Positions 36,614 to 45,098 of a stretch of 64,000 bases of DNA are shown one piece after another. Location of the stretch: IMG/VR virus record IMGVR_UViG_3300028840_008160, positions 1 through 64,000 of that record; one strand, 5' to 3'. The stretch's first letter is position 1. Each line of letters starts with the position of its first letter. Position numbers and translations under genes: made by a program. The notes under the pieces are model-generated. The model saw only the letters and a program-made list of their open reading frames with translations, had not been told where the DNA came from and did no database searches.

Positions 36614-38634
36614 TGTCAACACTTGTAATTGTAGAAAGTCCCGGCAAAGTTAAGACTATTCAAAAATATCTTGGCCGTGATTATATAGTTAAAGCATCGG
36701 TAGGTCATTGTTACCAGATTGAACCAAAGGATAATGCGATTGATATAGATAATCATTTTGCACCGAAGTATGTGATCATACCGAAAAAGAAAAAGGTTGT
36801 TGCTGAAATAAAAACATTAGCTAAGACAGCAGACAAATGTTTAATCGCATCAGATCCTGATAGAGAAGGCGAAGCAATTGGTTGGCATATTGCAAAAAAT
36901 GCTATACGAAATGCTTGTCTTGTCCAACGAATATCGTTTCAAGAAATAACAAAACAAGCTGTACTGGCAGCTCTTAGACAACCTCGTGAACTTGATACAA
37001 ATTTGTTTAATGCGCAACAAGCAAGAGCTGTATTAGACAGATTAGTCGGTTATAAAGTGTCGCCAGTACTTTGGCGAAAAGTTTGTCGCGGAACATCGGC
37101 TGGACGGGTTCAATCAATTGGACTACGTTTGATTGTGGAGCGGCAACAAGAAATTGATAGTTTCAAACCTGAAGAATATTGGGATATCATTGCAAAATTT
37201 TCAACAATAATTGATAAGGCTGAAGTATTTTCTGCTACTTACAAGAGTGACGAGAAGTTAATTTCAGAGGATCAAGTTAATAAGATATTGGATTCTATTG
37301 GCCAGTCAAAGAAATGGCACATGAAGTCTCTATCCAAGGCTAGAAAGAAACGATCGCCATATCCTATATTTAACACTTCGTCATTGCAGCAATTTTGTTC
37401 TTCGTCTTTTAATTGGGATGGAAAAAAGACGATGAAAATAGCACAATCTTTATACGAAGGGTTTGCTGTAGGTGATAATGAAACAACAGGATTGATAACT
37501 TATCATAGAACAGACTCATTGAATATAAGTTCTGAAGCAATTTCAGCTGTTCGTGATTTGATTAAGCAGGCAGGGAAAAAGTATTTGCCGGATGAACCTA
37601 GAATTTTTAAGTCAAAGAAAACAGCTCAAGAAGCTCATGAAGGTATTAGACCAACACATTTGGAATTTACATTAGATGATATTAGACGAAGTTTGCCAAA
37701 TGATGAATATAAGCTTTATGAAGCAATTTATTACAGATTTATTGCTTGCCAGACGACAGATGCCGAGTTAGACGTTACAAAAATGACTATTGACTCAGAT
37801 AACAATCATACATTTATAGCTAATGGACAAGTTTTGGTATTTGATGGTTATTTAAAATATTGGCCATATTCATCGGCTAAAGAAGAGATATTACCGTTAG
37901 TTAATGAAGGTGATGCAGTCAAATTGAAAGAAGTAAATGGTAATCAACACTTCACAAAGCCGCCGGCAGCTTTTAATACTGCATCATTGGTTAAGACGTT
38001 GGAAGAAAAGGGTATAGGTAGACCGTCTACATATGCAACAATAGTAGACACACTGCTAAAGCGAGGCTATGTTGAAAAGAAAGGGAAAGCATTCGCACCT
38101 ACAGAACTAGGATGTCGTGTGTCAGCATTTCTAGTGAAGGCTTTTCCGGAAGTTATGGATACTAATTATACAGCTAGAATTGAAACACAACTTGATGAAA
38201 TTGCAGAACATGGAAAAATTTGGTATGCAGTAGTTGATGAATTCTTTACTGAATTGTCAAAAAGATTAAGTACTGCTAAAGACATTATTAGCAAAAAAGG
38301 TGAAGTGACAGACATTATGTGTCCTACTTGCAAACAATATAAACTAGTGAAACGATTCGGCAAATTTGGAATGTTTTACGGTTGTGAAGGTTTTAAAGAA
38401 AAAGGTAGCAATCAGTGTAAGGCAACATTTAATATAGGCGCTGATGGTGAGCCATTGGCAAAAGAAAAGAAAATAGTTAAATATTTAGAGGGAGTTGTTT
38501 GTGATAGGTGCGGAGCACCAATTGTTATTAGAAAAGCCAAACGATCCGGAAAAGAATTCGGTGGTTGTTCGTCATGGCCAAAATGTCATAGAATTTTTAC
38601 ACTTGATGGTAAACCTGTCGATCACAATCGTTAA
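36613..38634 (+). CDS. topA: Type IA DNA topoisomerase I
   Basis: VIVESPGK, ASVGH, DPDREGE, SAGRVQ, GLITYHRTDS (catalytic Tyr), AQEAHEGIRPT, GIGRPSTY, C-terminal Zn ribbons. Confidence 0.94.
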   Translation: MSTLVIVESPGKVKTIQKYLGRDYIVKASVGHCYQIEPKDNAIDIDNHFAPKYVIIPKKKKVVAEIKTLAKTADKCLIASDPDREGEAIGWHIAKNAIRNACLVQRISFQEITKQAVLAALRQPRELDTNLFNAQQARAVLDRLVGYKVSPVLWRKVCRGTSAGRVQSIGLRLIVERQQEIDSFKPEEYWDIIAKFSTIIDKAEVFSATYKSDEKLISEDQVNKILDSIGQSKKWHMKSLSKARKKRSPYPIFNTSSLQQFCSSSFNWDGKKTMKIAQSLYEGFAVGDNETTGLITYHRTDSLNISSEAISAVRDLIKQAGKKYLPDEPRIFKSKKTAQEAHEGIRPTHLEFTLDDIRRSLPNDEYKLYEAIYYRFIACQTTDAELDVTKMTIDSDNNHTFIANGQVLVFDGYLKYWPYSSAKEEILPLVNEGDAVKLKEVNGNQHFTKPPAAFNTASLVKTLEEKGIGRPSTYATIVDTLLKRGYVEKKGKAFAPTELGCRVSAFLVKAFPEVMDTNYTARIETQLDEIAEHGKIWYAVVDEFFTELSKRLSTAKDIISKKGEVTDIMCPTCKQYKLVKRFGKFGMFYGCEGFKEKGSNQCKATFNIGADGEPLAKEKKIVKYLEGVVCDRCGAPIVIRKAKRSGKEFGGCSSWPKCHRIFTLDGKPVDHNR

Positions 38635-39391
38635 TCTTGTACTCTCCGTTGTCAAAATAAATAATTTTTTGATGATATAATTGCACAGCACAATTTATTA
38701 ATGAATTGTGCGCTTTTACATGCTCTTTGCGCGTTAACAAACATAAATTATTTATTGAGTTGTCAAACTTGTTACCATTAATATGATGAACATATTCATC
38801 GTTTTCATTACTTTTTAATGTTCTTCCTAAAAAACACTCCATAACTAATTTGTGATACCCTTTAAATTTGTGACGTTTGATTTGTATTTTTGGACGGCCA
38901 TGTTTTATAGAAATTTTATTTGAGTATTCAGGAAATATTATTGTCGGTTCATTGAGCATTATACTTGGCGTTTGATGCAGCACATATACGCTCTGTGATC
39001 TGTCAAACCAAACAAGTTTGTTTAACATTTTTAGACTCAAATATTCTAAACTGATTGTTAATTTTCTGTGTTGTGATGGATTCGCACACACATATAAATT
39101 GTCTATATGATTGTTTAATTTATTAAAATCAATATGATGTATTGATTCTGTAGCTGTCAGCTTTCTGTCTAAATGTTGTTCAACAACAAACCTGTGTTCT
39201 TGTTTTCGTTTGCCGTTTATTTTAACTCGCCGATATCCTGCTGTGCTGAGTCCGTGTTTATAATTGCCATGATTTTTACCTGACGGTATAGTACGTTGTT
39301 GCTGTGAGCATTTCCAACAACGATTTTGTTTGCGTTTATACTTACATTTCACTTCTCGCGGTCGTCCGCAGATGTCGCAAATTTTAATCAT
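38597..39391 (-). mobile_element. Free-standing homing endonuclease with two HNH domains
   Basis: N-terminal CDIC/CWKC; EHRFVVE...HHIDFNKLNNHIDNL...H and YHKLVME...HHINGNKFDNSINNL...H; antisense, overlaps the topA 3' end. Confidence 0.8.
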
Positions 39392-39563
39392 TTGTTTTCC
39401 TTTGGAAATGTAATTATTTCCGATTTATAAACGTAAAAGAAATAGTTACATTCTTATCCTTCTTTGCATTACAGGCTTTTTCCTGTAGTTCTTTTTATAT
39501 TTCCATATAATTTTGATGGTGTGATGTCTACTGTTTCTATTTATATGAAGGAGATGAGTAGTC

Positions 39564-39758
39564 ATGAACTCAAGGTACAGAACTGGGCCACGTTGTCCGG
39601 ATTGTCATGAGATTAAAGACGTTATGCGACGTATACCAATTGAAATTGTAGATAAAAAATCAAGAGAAATTATTGAAGTTGCATATGGTGAAGTTATATG
39701 CACTGATTGTTTTCCAAAACGATATAAAGATAGAACGAAGCTTAGATTATACATATAA
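39564..39758 (+). CDS. Small Zn-finger protein
   Basis: CPDC...CTDC; RBS aaggag. Confidence 0.55.
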   Translation: MNSRYRTGPRCPDCHEIKDVMRRIPIEIVDKKSREIIEVAYGEVICTDCFPKRYKDRTKLRLYI

Positions 39759-39760
39759 GG

Positions 39761-40081
39761 ATGGGTAAACATGTCATGGCAAAACAAAATTTTTGTCGCT
39801 TAAAGTTTGATGATGAATCAATGAATAATGGAATATTATCGCAAAAGTCAATTGATTTAGACATCATAAAAGATAAGATTAAGAGATCAAAAACAAAAGT
39901 AGTAGCACTCAACATGTCAAATGTTCAATTTATGGATTCTGGAGCTGTTGTCATGATTGTGGCAATTCATAAATATTGTAAAAGATTGACAAAACAATTT
40001 GTGATTGAAAAACCTCAGAAGACAGTAAAAGATTTATTACATATTATTAATTTAGATCGTGCAATTCCAATTGTAGATTGA
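39761..40081 (+). CDS. STAS-domain anti-sigma factor antagonist (SpoIIAA/RsbV-like)
   Basis: VALNMSNVQFMDSGAV (phospho-Ser motif) and VKDLLHIINLD. Confidence 0.78.
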   Translation: MGKHVMAKQNFCRLKFDDESMNNGILSQKSIDLDIIKDKIKRSKTKVVALNMSNVQFMDSGAVVMIVAIHKYCKRLTKQFVIEKPQKTVKDLLHIINLDRAIPIVD

Positions 40082-40095
40082 TAATAGAGGGCGGT

Positions 40096-40512
40096 ATGGC
40101 TGAACGTGAACGGGAAAAACGTGAATTTGGAAGACGTCAAAGTGATCTTGTACTGGTCGAGTTAACTGAAAAGATCGTTGACAATAATAATTCAGTGTCT
40201 GCTGCTGTTAGTTTAATGGGTGAAAATATTGTTGAATTATCTGAAAGTCAAGAACGCATTGAAAATAAGATTGATGATGTTTGTGAGTTTTGTGAAAATT
40301 TAACAGAAAATGTTAGCAAAAATACAACAGATTTATTTGATTTAAAAGAATCTGCAAAGATATTAAAACAAATAGACGAATTGAAGGTATTGGATTTAAT
40401 CAAAACTGTAAAAAGATTGATTGTAGCATTTATAATTACTGCTATAACTAGCGTTGTGTGGTTCGTCATTAAAGATTTGATTTTGATGTATATCAAAACA
40501 AAATTTAATTAA
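40096..40512 (+). CDS. Coiled-coil protein with a single C-terminal TM helix (holin-like candidate)
   Basis: LIVAFIITAITSVVWFVI hydrophobic segment; start placed at ATG 40096 (track ORF starts 40078). Confidence 0.45.
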   Translation: MAEREREKREFGRRQSDLVLVELTEKIVDNNNSVSAAVSLMGENIVELSESQERIENKIDDVCEFCENLTENVSKNTTDLFDLKESAKILKQIDELKVLDLIKTVKRLIVAFIITAITSVVWFVIKDLILMYIKTKFN

Positions 40513-40515
40513 GGT

Positions 40516-40707
40516 ATGTTCATGAATTCTTTAACAGCATGTTTTGATCGTATGGACGCAATTACAGAAGCTAATAGGAAAGTGGTTGACAAGCATGTTG
40601 AATTAAAAGAAAGATTGGTTAGAAGAAACGGTCAAAAAAGCGTTTTATATACACAGAAGAAGAATGGTAAATGTAAAACGGCATCGCATTCTTCTATACA
40701 ACAATAA
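40516..40707 (+). CDS. Small hypothetical protein
   Basis: In-operon spacing. Confidence 0.4.
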   Translation: MFMNSLTACFDRMDAITEANRKVVDKHVELKERLVRRNGQKSVLYTQKKNGKCKTASHSSIQQ

Positions 40708-40733
40708 GATTCATTTAATGAAAGGATATTCAT

Positions 40734-41138
40734 ATGCCTACGTATGATTTTATTTGTAATGAATGCGAACAAGAATATGAAGAAAATCGACCTGTTGGTG
40801 ATTATGATTCAAAATGTCCAGTTTGCAACAGCACAAATGTTAAAAAATTAATTTCTGCACCAAATGTTATACTTAGTGGTTCGACGCCGGATTCGATTAT
40901 TGGGCGAGATGCTGAGCAACGATGGGCACAATACACTGAAAGAAAAAAACAACGAGATAAAAACAATTTTGGTAATGCATCAAGTAAGGAAGTAGAAATT
41001 AAAAATCAACAACGAATTGGTCGACTTGTAGATAGACAACATAAAGCTTATGATGTTTTAGACAAAGCAAAGAAAAAAGCAGGTGTGACTAAACGAGAGG
41101 AAATAAGTTATTTGTTGAAAGGGCAAAACAATGTATAA
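40734..41138 (+). CDS. FmdB-family zinc-ribbon protein (second copy)
   Basis: MPTYDFICNEC...CPVCNS...KKLISAP. Confidence 0.78.
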   Translation: MPTYDFICNECEQEYEENRPVGDYDSKCPVCNSTNVKKLISAPNVILSGSTPDSIIGRDAEQRWAQYTERKKQRDKNNFGNASSKEVEIKNQQRIGRLVDRQHKAYDVLDKAKKKAGVTKREEISYLLKGQNNV

Positions 41139-42402
41139 GATAATGATTTCTTGTAAATTAGCAAGTATGCTGCGAGGAGGTTTTCAAAAGCAAGCGGCAG
41201 CTTGGGATGATCTTTCATATGATGCACAAGCCGAATACTTGAAAAATCATCCAGGGTCAAAAAAACGTATAACAAAACGACCAGGTGAAGGTGGCAAAAG
41301 TTTAAAAGATTATGATAGAATGTCTGTGCCTGAAATTCAGGCTGCAATTAAAGAATATCAAATGACAAAATCACCTAGATCGTTTAAAGCATTATATAAG
41401 AATTTTCTTCCTATGGTGTTGAACACTGTAAAGCGTGTTATTGGGCCTAGACAAGTATCAAAGGATGACGTCGAAGATTTGAAACAAGATGCAAACATAA
41501 TTTTTGTTAGAGCATTATCGAATGCTGATCCGGCAAATCAAGGCGTTATTAAATACTTTCAAGACACTTTGCAAAAACAATTAGAAGGAAAATCGCGCGA
41601 TATATTTAGACCGACAGTTACAATTGGGCCGAAAGACAAGCGACTTTTACGTGCTGTAAGACGATATTTACATGAGCAAAAAGGTAATAAGCCAATTGAT
41701 TATGCAGATATGGCTAGAGCTATTAATAGTGATCCAACGAATAGAATTACTCATGCTACGCCTGAACTTATTACTAGTTTATTGCAAACTCCAGGTGTAT
41801 CATTAGAAGAAGAAGTTGGCGGTGAGGGCGAAAGTAAACGAAAAATTCATGATGTTTTGGGGCCGTCAGGAGTGTTAGATACTGATGACAGATCGTATAT
41901 AGAGACACCAGAAGAAGAAACAATACAACAAGATATAAAGAACGTCGTGTCAAAGAGCATAGAAGCATTAGACAATCCTTTGAGACGAAAGTTATTGAAA
42001 CTTAAATTTGGTTTAGAGCCAATTAAAGTAAGATTGAAGCCGACAAAAGAGTACCCTGAAGGTCAGATAGTTCTTGCTCAAGGTAAACAATTGGATGTAA
42101 AAGATATTGCTAAAATCGTCAATCTGTCGAGATCAACTGTTAGACGTGAACTTGAAAAAGCAATGGTTCAGATGAGAAGAATGCAAGACATTCAAAGATT
42201 GGATAAGTCATCTAAGTCTGCTATGCGAATAATTAAAGCATTTGATGGTCATATTAGATTTGAATATCAGCCTCAATCTATTAGCAAAGTAGGGCACACT
42301 TATATTATTGATGGTATTGTTGTAAAGAAATTTGGTAGTCAATTGGTTTGTAATTGTGGTAAGACAAATTGTTTTCATAAGGACGCTGTTAAAAACATTT
42401 GA
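41131..42402 (+). CDS. Sigma-70-family RNA polymerase sigma factor with N-terminal tag and C-terminal Cys/His motif
   Basis: Region 2 LYKNFLPMV...DVEDLKQDANIIFVRAL..ADP; region 3 SLEEEVGGEG; region 4 LKFGL...DIAKIVNLSRSTVRRELEKAM; tail CNCGKTNCFH. Confidence 0.75.
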   Translation: MYKIMISCKLASMLRGGFQKQAAAWDDLSYDAQAEYLKNHPGSKKRITKRPGEGGKSLKDYDRMSVPEIQAAIKEYQMTKSPRSFKALYKNFLPMVLNTVKRVIGPRQVSKDDVEDLKQDANIIFVRALSNADPANQGVIKYFQDTLQKQLEGKSRDIFRPTVTIGPKDKRLLRAVRRYLHEQKGNKPIDYADMARAINSDPTNRITHATPELITSLLQTPGVSLEEEVGGEGESKRKIHDVLGPSGVLDTDDRSYIETPEEETIQQDIKNVVSKSIEALDNPLRRKLLKLKFGLEPIKVRLKPTKEYPEGQIVLAQGKQLDVKDIAKIVNLSRSTVRRELEKAMVQMRRMQDIQRLDKSSKSAMRIIKAFDGHIRFEYQPQSISKVGHTYIIDGIVVKKFGSQLVCNCGKTNCFHKDAVKNI

Positions 42403-42414
42403 ACGAGAATTGAT

Positions 42415-44343
42415 ATGCCGACTGTTTCATCAAAGAAGCTAACACAAGTAGAAGACAAGTCAAGTGTTAGCAATTCGTTTGAAGATGTTTTTAATGAATT
42501 CATTAATGACATCATTGATGAAGATGTCGAGGTCGATATTTTAACATTTATTGAGTCGCCATATTATTTAAATATTAAGACATTGCAACATCCGCAGCGT
42601 TTTATCTTTAAGATATTTTATCACTTGCCGTTAGATAACACCGTTAAATGTATTCGTATTCGTAATTTTCCACATGATTGTAAAGGACAGCTGCTTACTG
42701 AACGCGAATATGCTAATTTTTTGATTAATCAGAAGAGAACTAATCTAATAGGGACAGATGATATTGAATTTGCGACAGAATTGTTATTAGCTTGTGGTCG
42801 ACGCGGTGGAAAAACATTTATAGCATCTATTATTTCTGCATATGAATCATACAAGTTAATTATTAAAGATAATCCTCAAGCGCATTATGATATGGCTGAG
42901 GATGAAATGATTAGAATAGTTAATGTGGCATCTAGTGGAGACCAAGCGCAAGAATTAGCAACTCAGATTCAAAATAGAATTTTTAATTGTGAATGGTTTT
43001 TGCCGTATATTGCTAGTTATAATGGACAAGAAATTAATTTGAAGACTAAGCATGATATTTCAAAGATGAAAGCAGAGCAAGAACGATATGGAAAGCCATT
43101 AAAGAAACGAGCTTCGGTATGTATTGAATCATTGTTGTGTTCTGCTAGACGTGCTAGAGGCGGATCAATTATTGTAGCTTTGTTGGACGAGTTAGCGCAT
43201 TTTATTGATAATGAAGGAAATAGAGGTGGTAAGACAATTTATAACAGTTTAACACCATCAGGTGCCACATTTGGTAATGATAGTAAGATTATCTGCATTT
43301 CTAGTCCATATTCAAAGAGTGGTGTATTTTTCGATCTCTATACACAATCATTTGAAGATCAGTCGATAAGAATGTTACAAATGCCAACTTGGGAGATGAA
43401 TCCTAGAATTGAATTTAGTTGGTTGCAAAATCGATATAAGAAAGATCCTGATGCATTTTGGACTGAATATGGTGCTCAATTTTCAACTAAAGTATCTGGA
43501 TTTTTCAAATTTCCTGAGAAGATTTACGAATGTGTTGATGTTGTACGATATGATGATGGATATGATGAGGACGGTAATGCTAAGAAAATTCCTATTTATA
43601 GAGAACCAACGGACAGAATGACGACTCGCAATCGTTATTATATTGCATTAGATCCAGCAACTGTTGATAATGGTTATGCGTTAGCTATGGTGCATCTTGA
43701 ACGAGATGCTACAGGACGGTCAACAGTGGTGGTTGATCGGTGGATGAAATGGTCAGTTAATGATCCAGAATTTGCAGAATTTGACTTTATTGATATTGAA
43801 TATGTTGATAATTATGTAATGGATTTGACAAAGAAATTTAAAGTAGTCAAAATTGTGTATGACCAATTTGAATCAGCTGCATCTATTCAAAAATTTATTA
43901 AAGCTAGAATTGATGCAGTTAAGACTCATTTTTCTAGACAATATAATATGAAAATTTACCGCAGATTGCGGTCTATAATATATGACAGGAAGATCTCTTT
44001 ACTTTATCATGAAGAAGGTTTACGCGAATTGGTGTATCTGCAAGAAAAGAAAGTTGGTAAAAGACAATTTAAAGTTGAAGCACCAAAATCTGGAGATGTT
44101 ACAACTGATGATATGGCAGACGTATTAGCGAATGCTGTAAATATTTGTTGCGAAAATGAATTAATGATGCCAACACCGAATATGACAAGAGCTATGGCTG
44201 CTAGTTCTGGACCAACGGTAGGTAGTAAAGCAGTAACATTGGCATTAAGAACTAGACGAAGTAATACTGTTAGGTCTTTACAATATGGTGCATCAAATAT
44301 TGACAGGATGATTGTAGCAAGAAGATTGGGAATTCATAGATGA
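42415..44343 (+). CDS. terL: Terminase large subunit
   Basis: Walker A GRRGGKT, Walker B ALLDE, coupling motif ISSP, EYGAQF, nuclease IALDPA...YDQF...DDMADV. Confidence 0.88.
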   Translation: MPTVSSKKLTQVEDKSSVSNSFEDVFNEFINDIIDEDVEVDILTFIESPYYLNIKTLQHPQRFIFKIFYHLPLDNTVKCIRIRNFPHDCKGQLLTEREYANFLINQKRTNLIGTDDIEFATELLLACGRRGGKTFIASIISAYESYKLIIKDNPQAHYDMAEDEMIRIVNVASSGDQAQELATQIQNRIFNCEWFLPYIASYNGQEINLKTKHDISKMKAEQERYGKPLKKRASVCIESLLCSARRARGGSIIVALLDELAHFIDNEGNRGGKTIYNSLTPSGATFGNDSKIICISSPYSKSGVFFDLYTQSFEDQSIRMLQMPTWEMNPRIEFSWLQNRYKKDPDAFWTEYGAQFSTKVSGFFKFPEKIYECVDVVRYDDGYDEDGNAKKIPIYREPTDRMTTRNRYYIALDPATVDNGYALAMVHLERDATGRSTVVVDRWMKWSVNDPEFAEFDFIDIEYVDNYVMDLTKKFKVVKIVYDQFESAASIQKFIKARIDAVKTHFSRQYNMKIYRRLRSIIYDRKISLLYHEEGLRELVYLQEKKVGKRQFKVEAPKSGDVTTDDMADVLANAVNICCENELMMPTPNMTRAMAASSGPTVGSKAVTLALRTRRSNTVRSLQYGASNIDRMIVARRLGIHR

Positions 44344-44729
44344 ACATAGAAGAAGAAGTAAAAGTTTATCAATTGTATAGACAAGATGCTGCCAAATATG
44401 AACAGCAATTAAAGACTGAAGCTATTGCGTTTTTTAGACACTTGTTAAATGTAAGTACGTTTGCTAATTCATTACCTAATGATGTTGCTTATCGCAAGAA
44501 AAGATTACAAGCGATTATTAATAGTACACTACAATCTATTGAGTTAATAGCAAATGAATTACAAAGATTAGGAATTGATTGCAGTTTACAAATTCAAACA
44601 TTGATTTCAAGACATAATTTGCAGAAGTTAAGAGAGGAGCATCAAAATGCGAGAACAGCAAACTCCGAATTGGTTAGACAAGTTGATAGCGGACGAGAGT
44701 CGTTCGATAGTGAAGAAAGCTCAGACTGA
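44340..44729 (+). CDS. Hypothetical protein
   Basis: ATGA-coupled to terminase. Confidence 0.55.
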   Translation: MNIEEEVKVYQLYRQDAAKYEQQLKTEAIAFFRHLLNVSTFANSLPNDVAYRKKRLQAIINSTLQSIELIANELQRLGIDCSLQIQTLISRHNLQKLREEHQNARTANSELVRQVDSGRESFDSEESSD

Positions 44730-45087
44730 TGAATTAGCTGAAATTGAAAAGAAAATTGAAGAAGCTGAAACACCAGAAGAATTAGATGAATTAGAAAAGC
44801 AACTAGATGCTTTAGAGAAACAATCAGGTGATGAAGCAGAAACAGCTGATGCAGTTGAAGCTGATACTGTACCAGCAGCATCAGACAAAGAGACAGATGA
44901 AGAAGAAGCTGTGCCTGAAAATGTCTCGTTAAAAGATGTCATGCAAGATATTAAAGATATCAAAAAGGAAGTGTCGTCTAATAAAGATCAAGTGCAACAA
45001 AAATTACTTCATGAAATTGAAGATTTGAATGATCAAATGGGATTGAACAAAATTGTTGATCTGAATACGACTGTTGATGATGGATAA
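44647..45087 (+). CDS. Acidic head-associated protein
   Basis: RBS gaggag; E/D-rich; IVKKA motif; lies between terminase and portal. Confidence 0.55.
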   Translation: MREQQTPNWLDKLIADESRSIVKKAQTDELAEIEKKIEEAETPEELDELEKQLDALEKQSGDEAETADAVEADTVPAASDKETDEEEAVPENVSLKDVMQDIKDIKKEVSSNKDQVQQKLLHEIEDLNDQMGLNKIVDLNTTVDDG

Positions 45088-45098
45088 GGAATATTAAT

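Noticed and set aside
40117-40146. RxxxR / RRxxD c-di-GMP-binding motif in ORF 40096
   Set aside because: Too short, and no PilZ barrel follows; the rest is coiled coil plus a TM helix.
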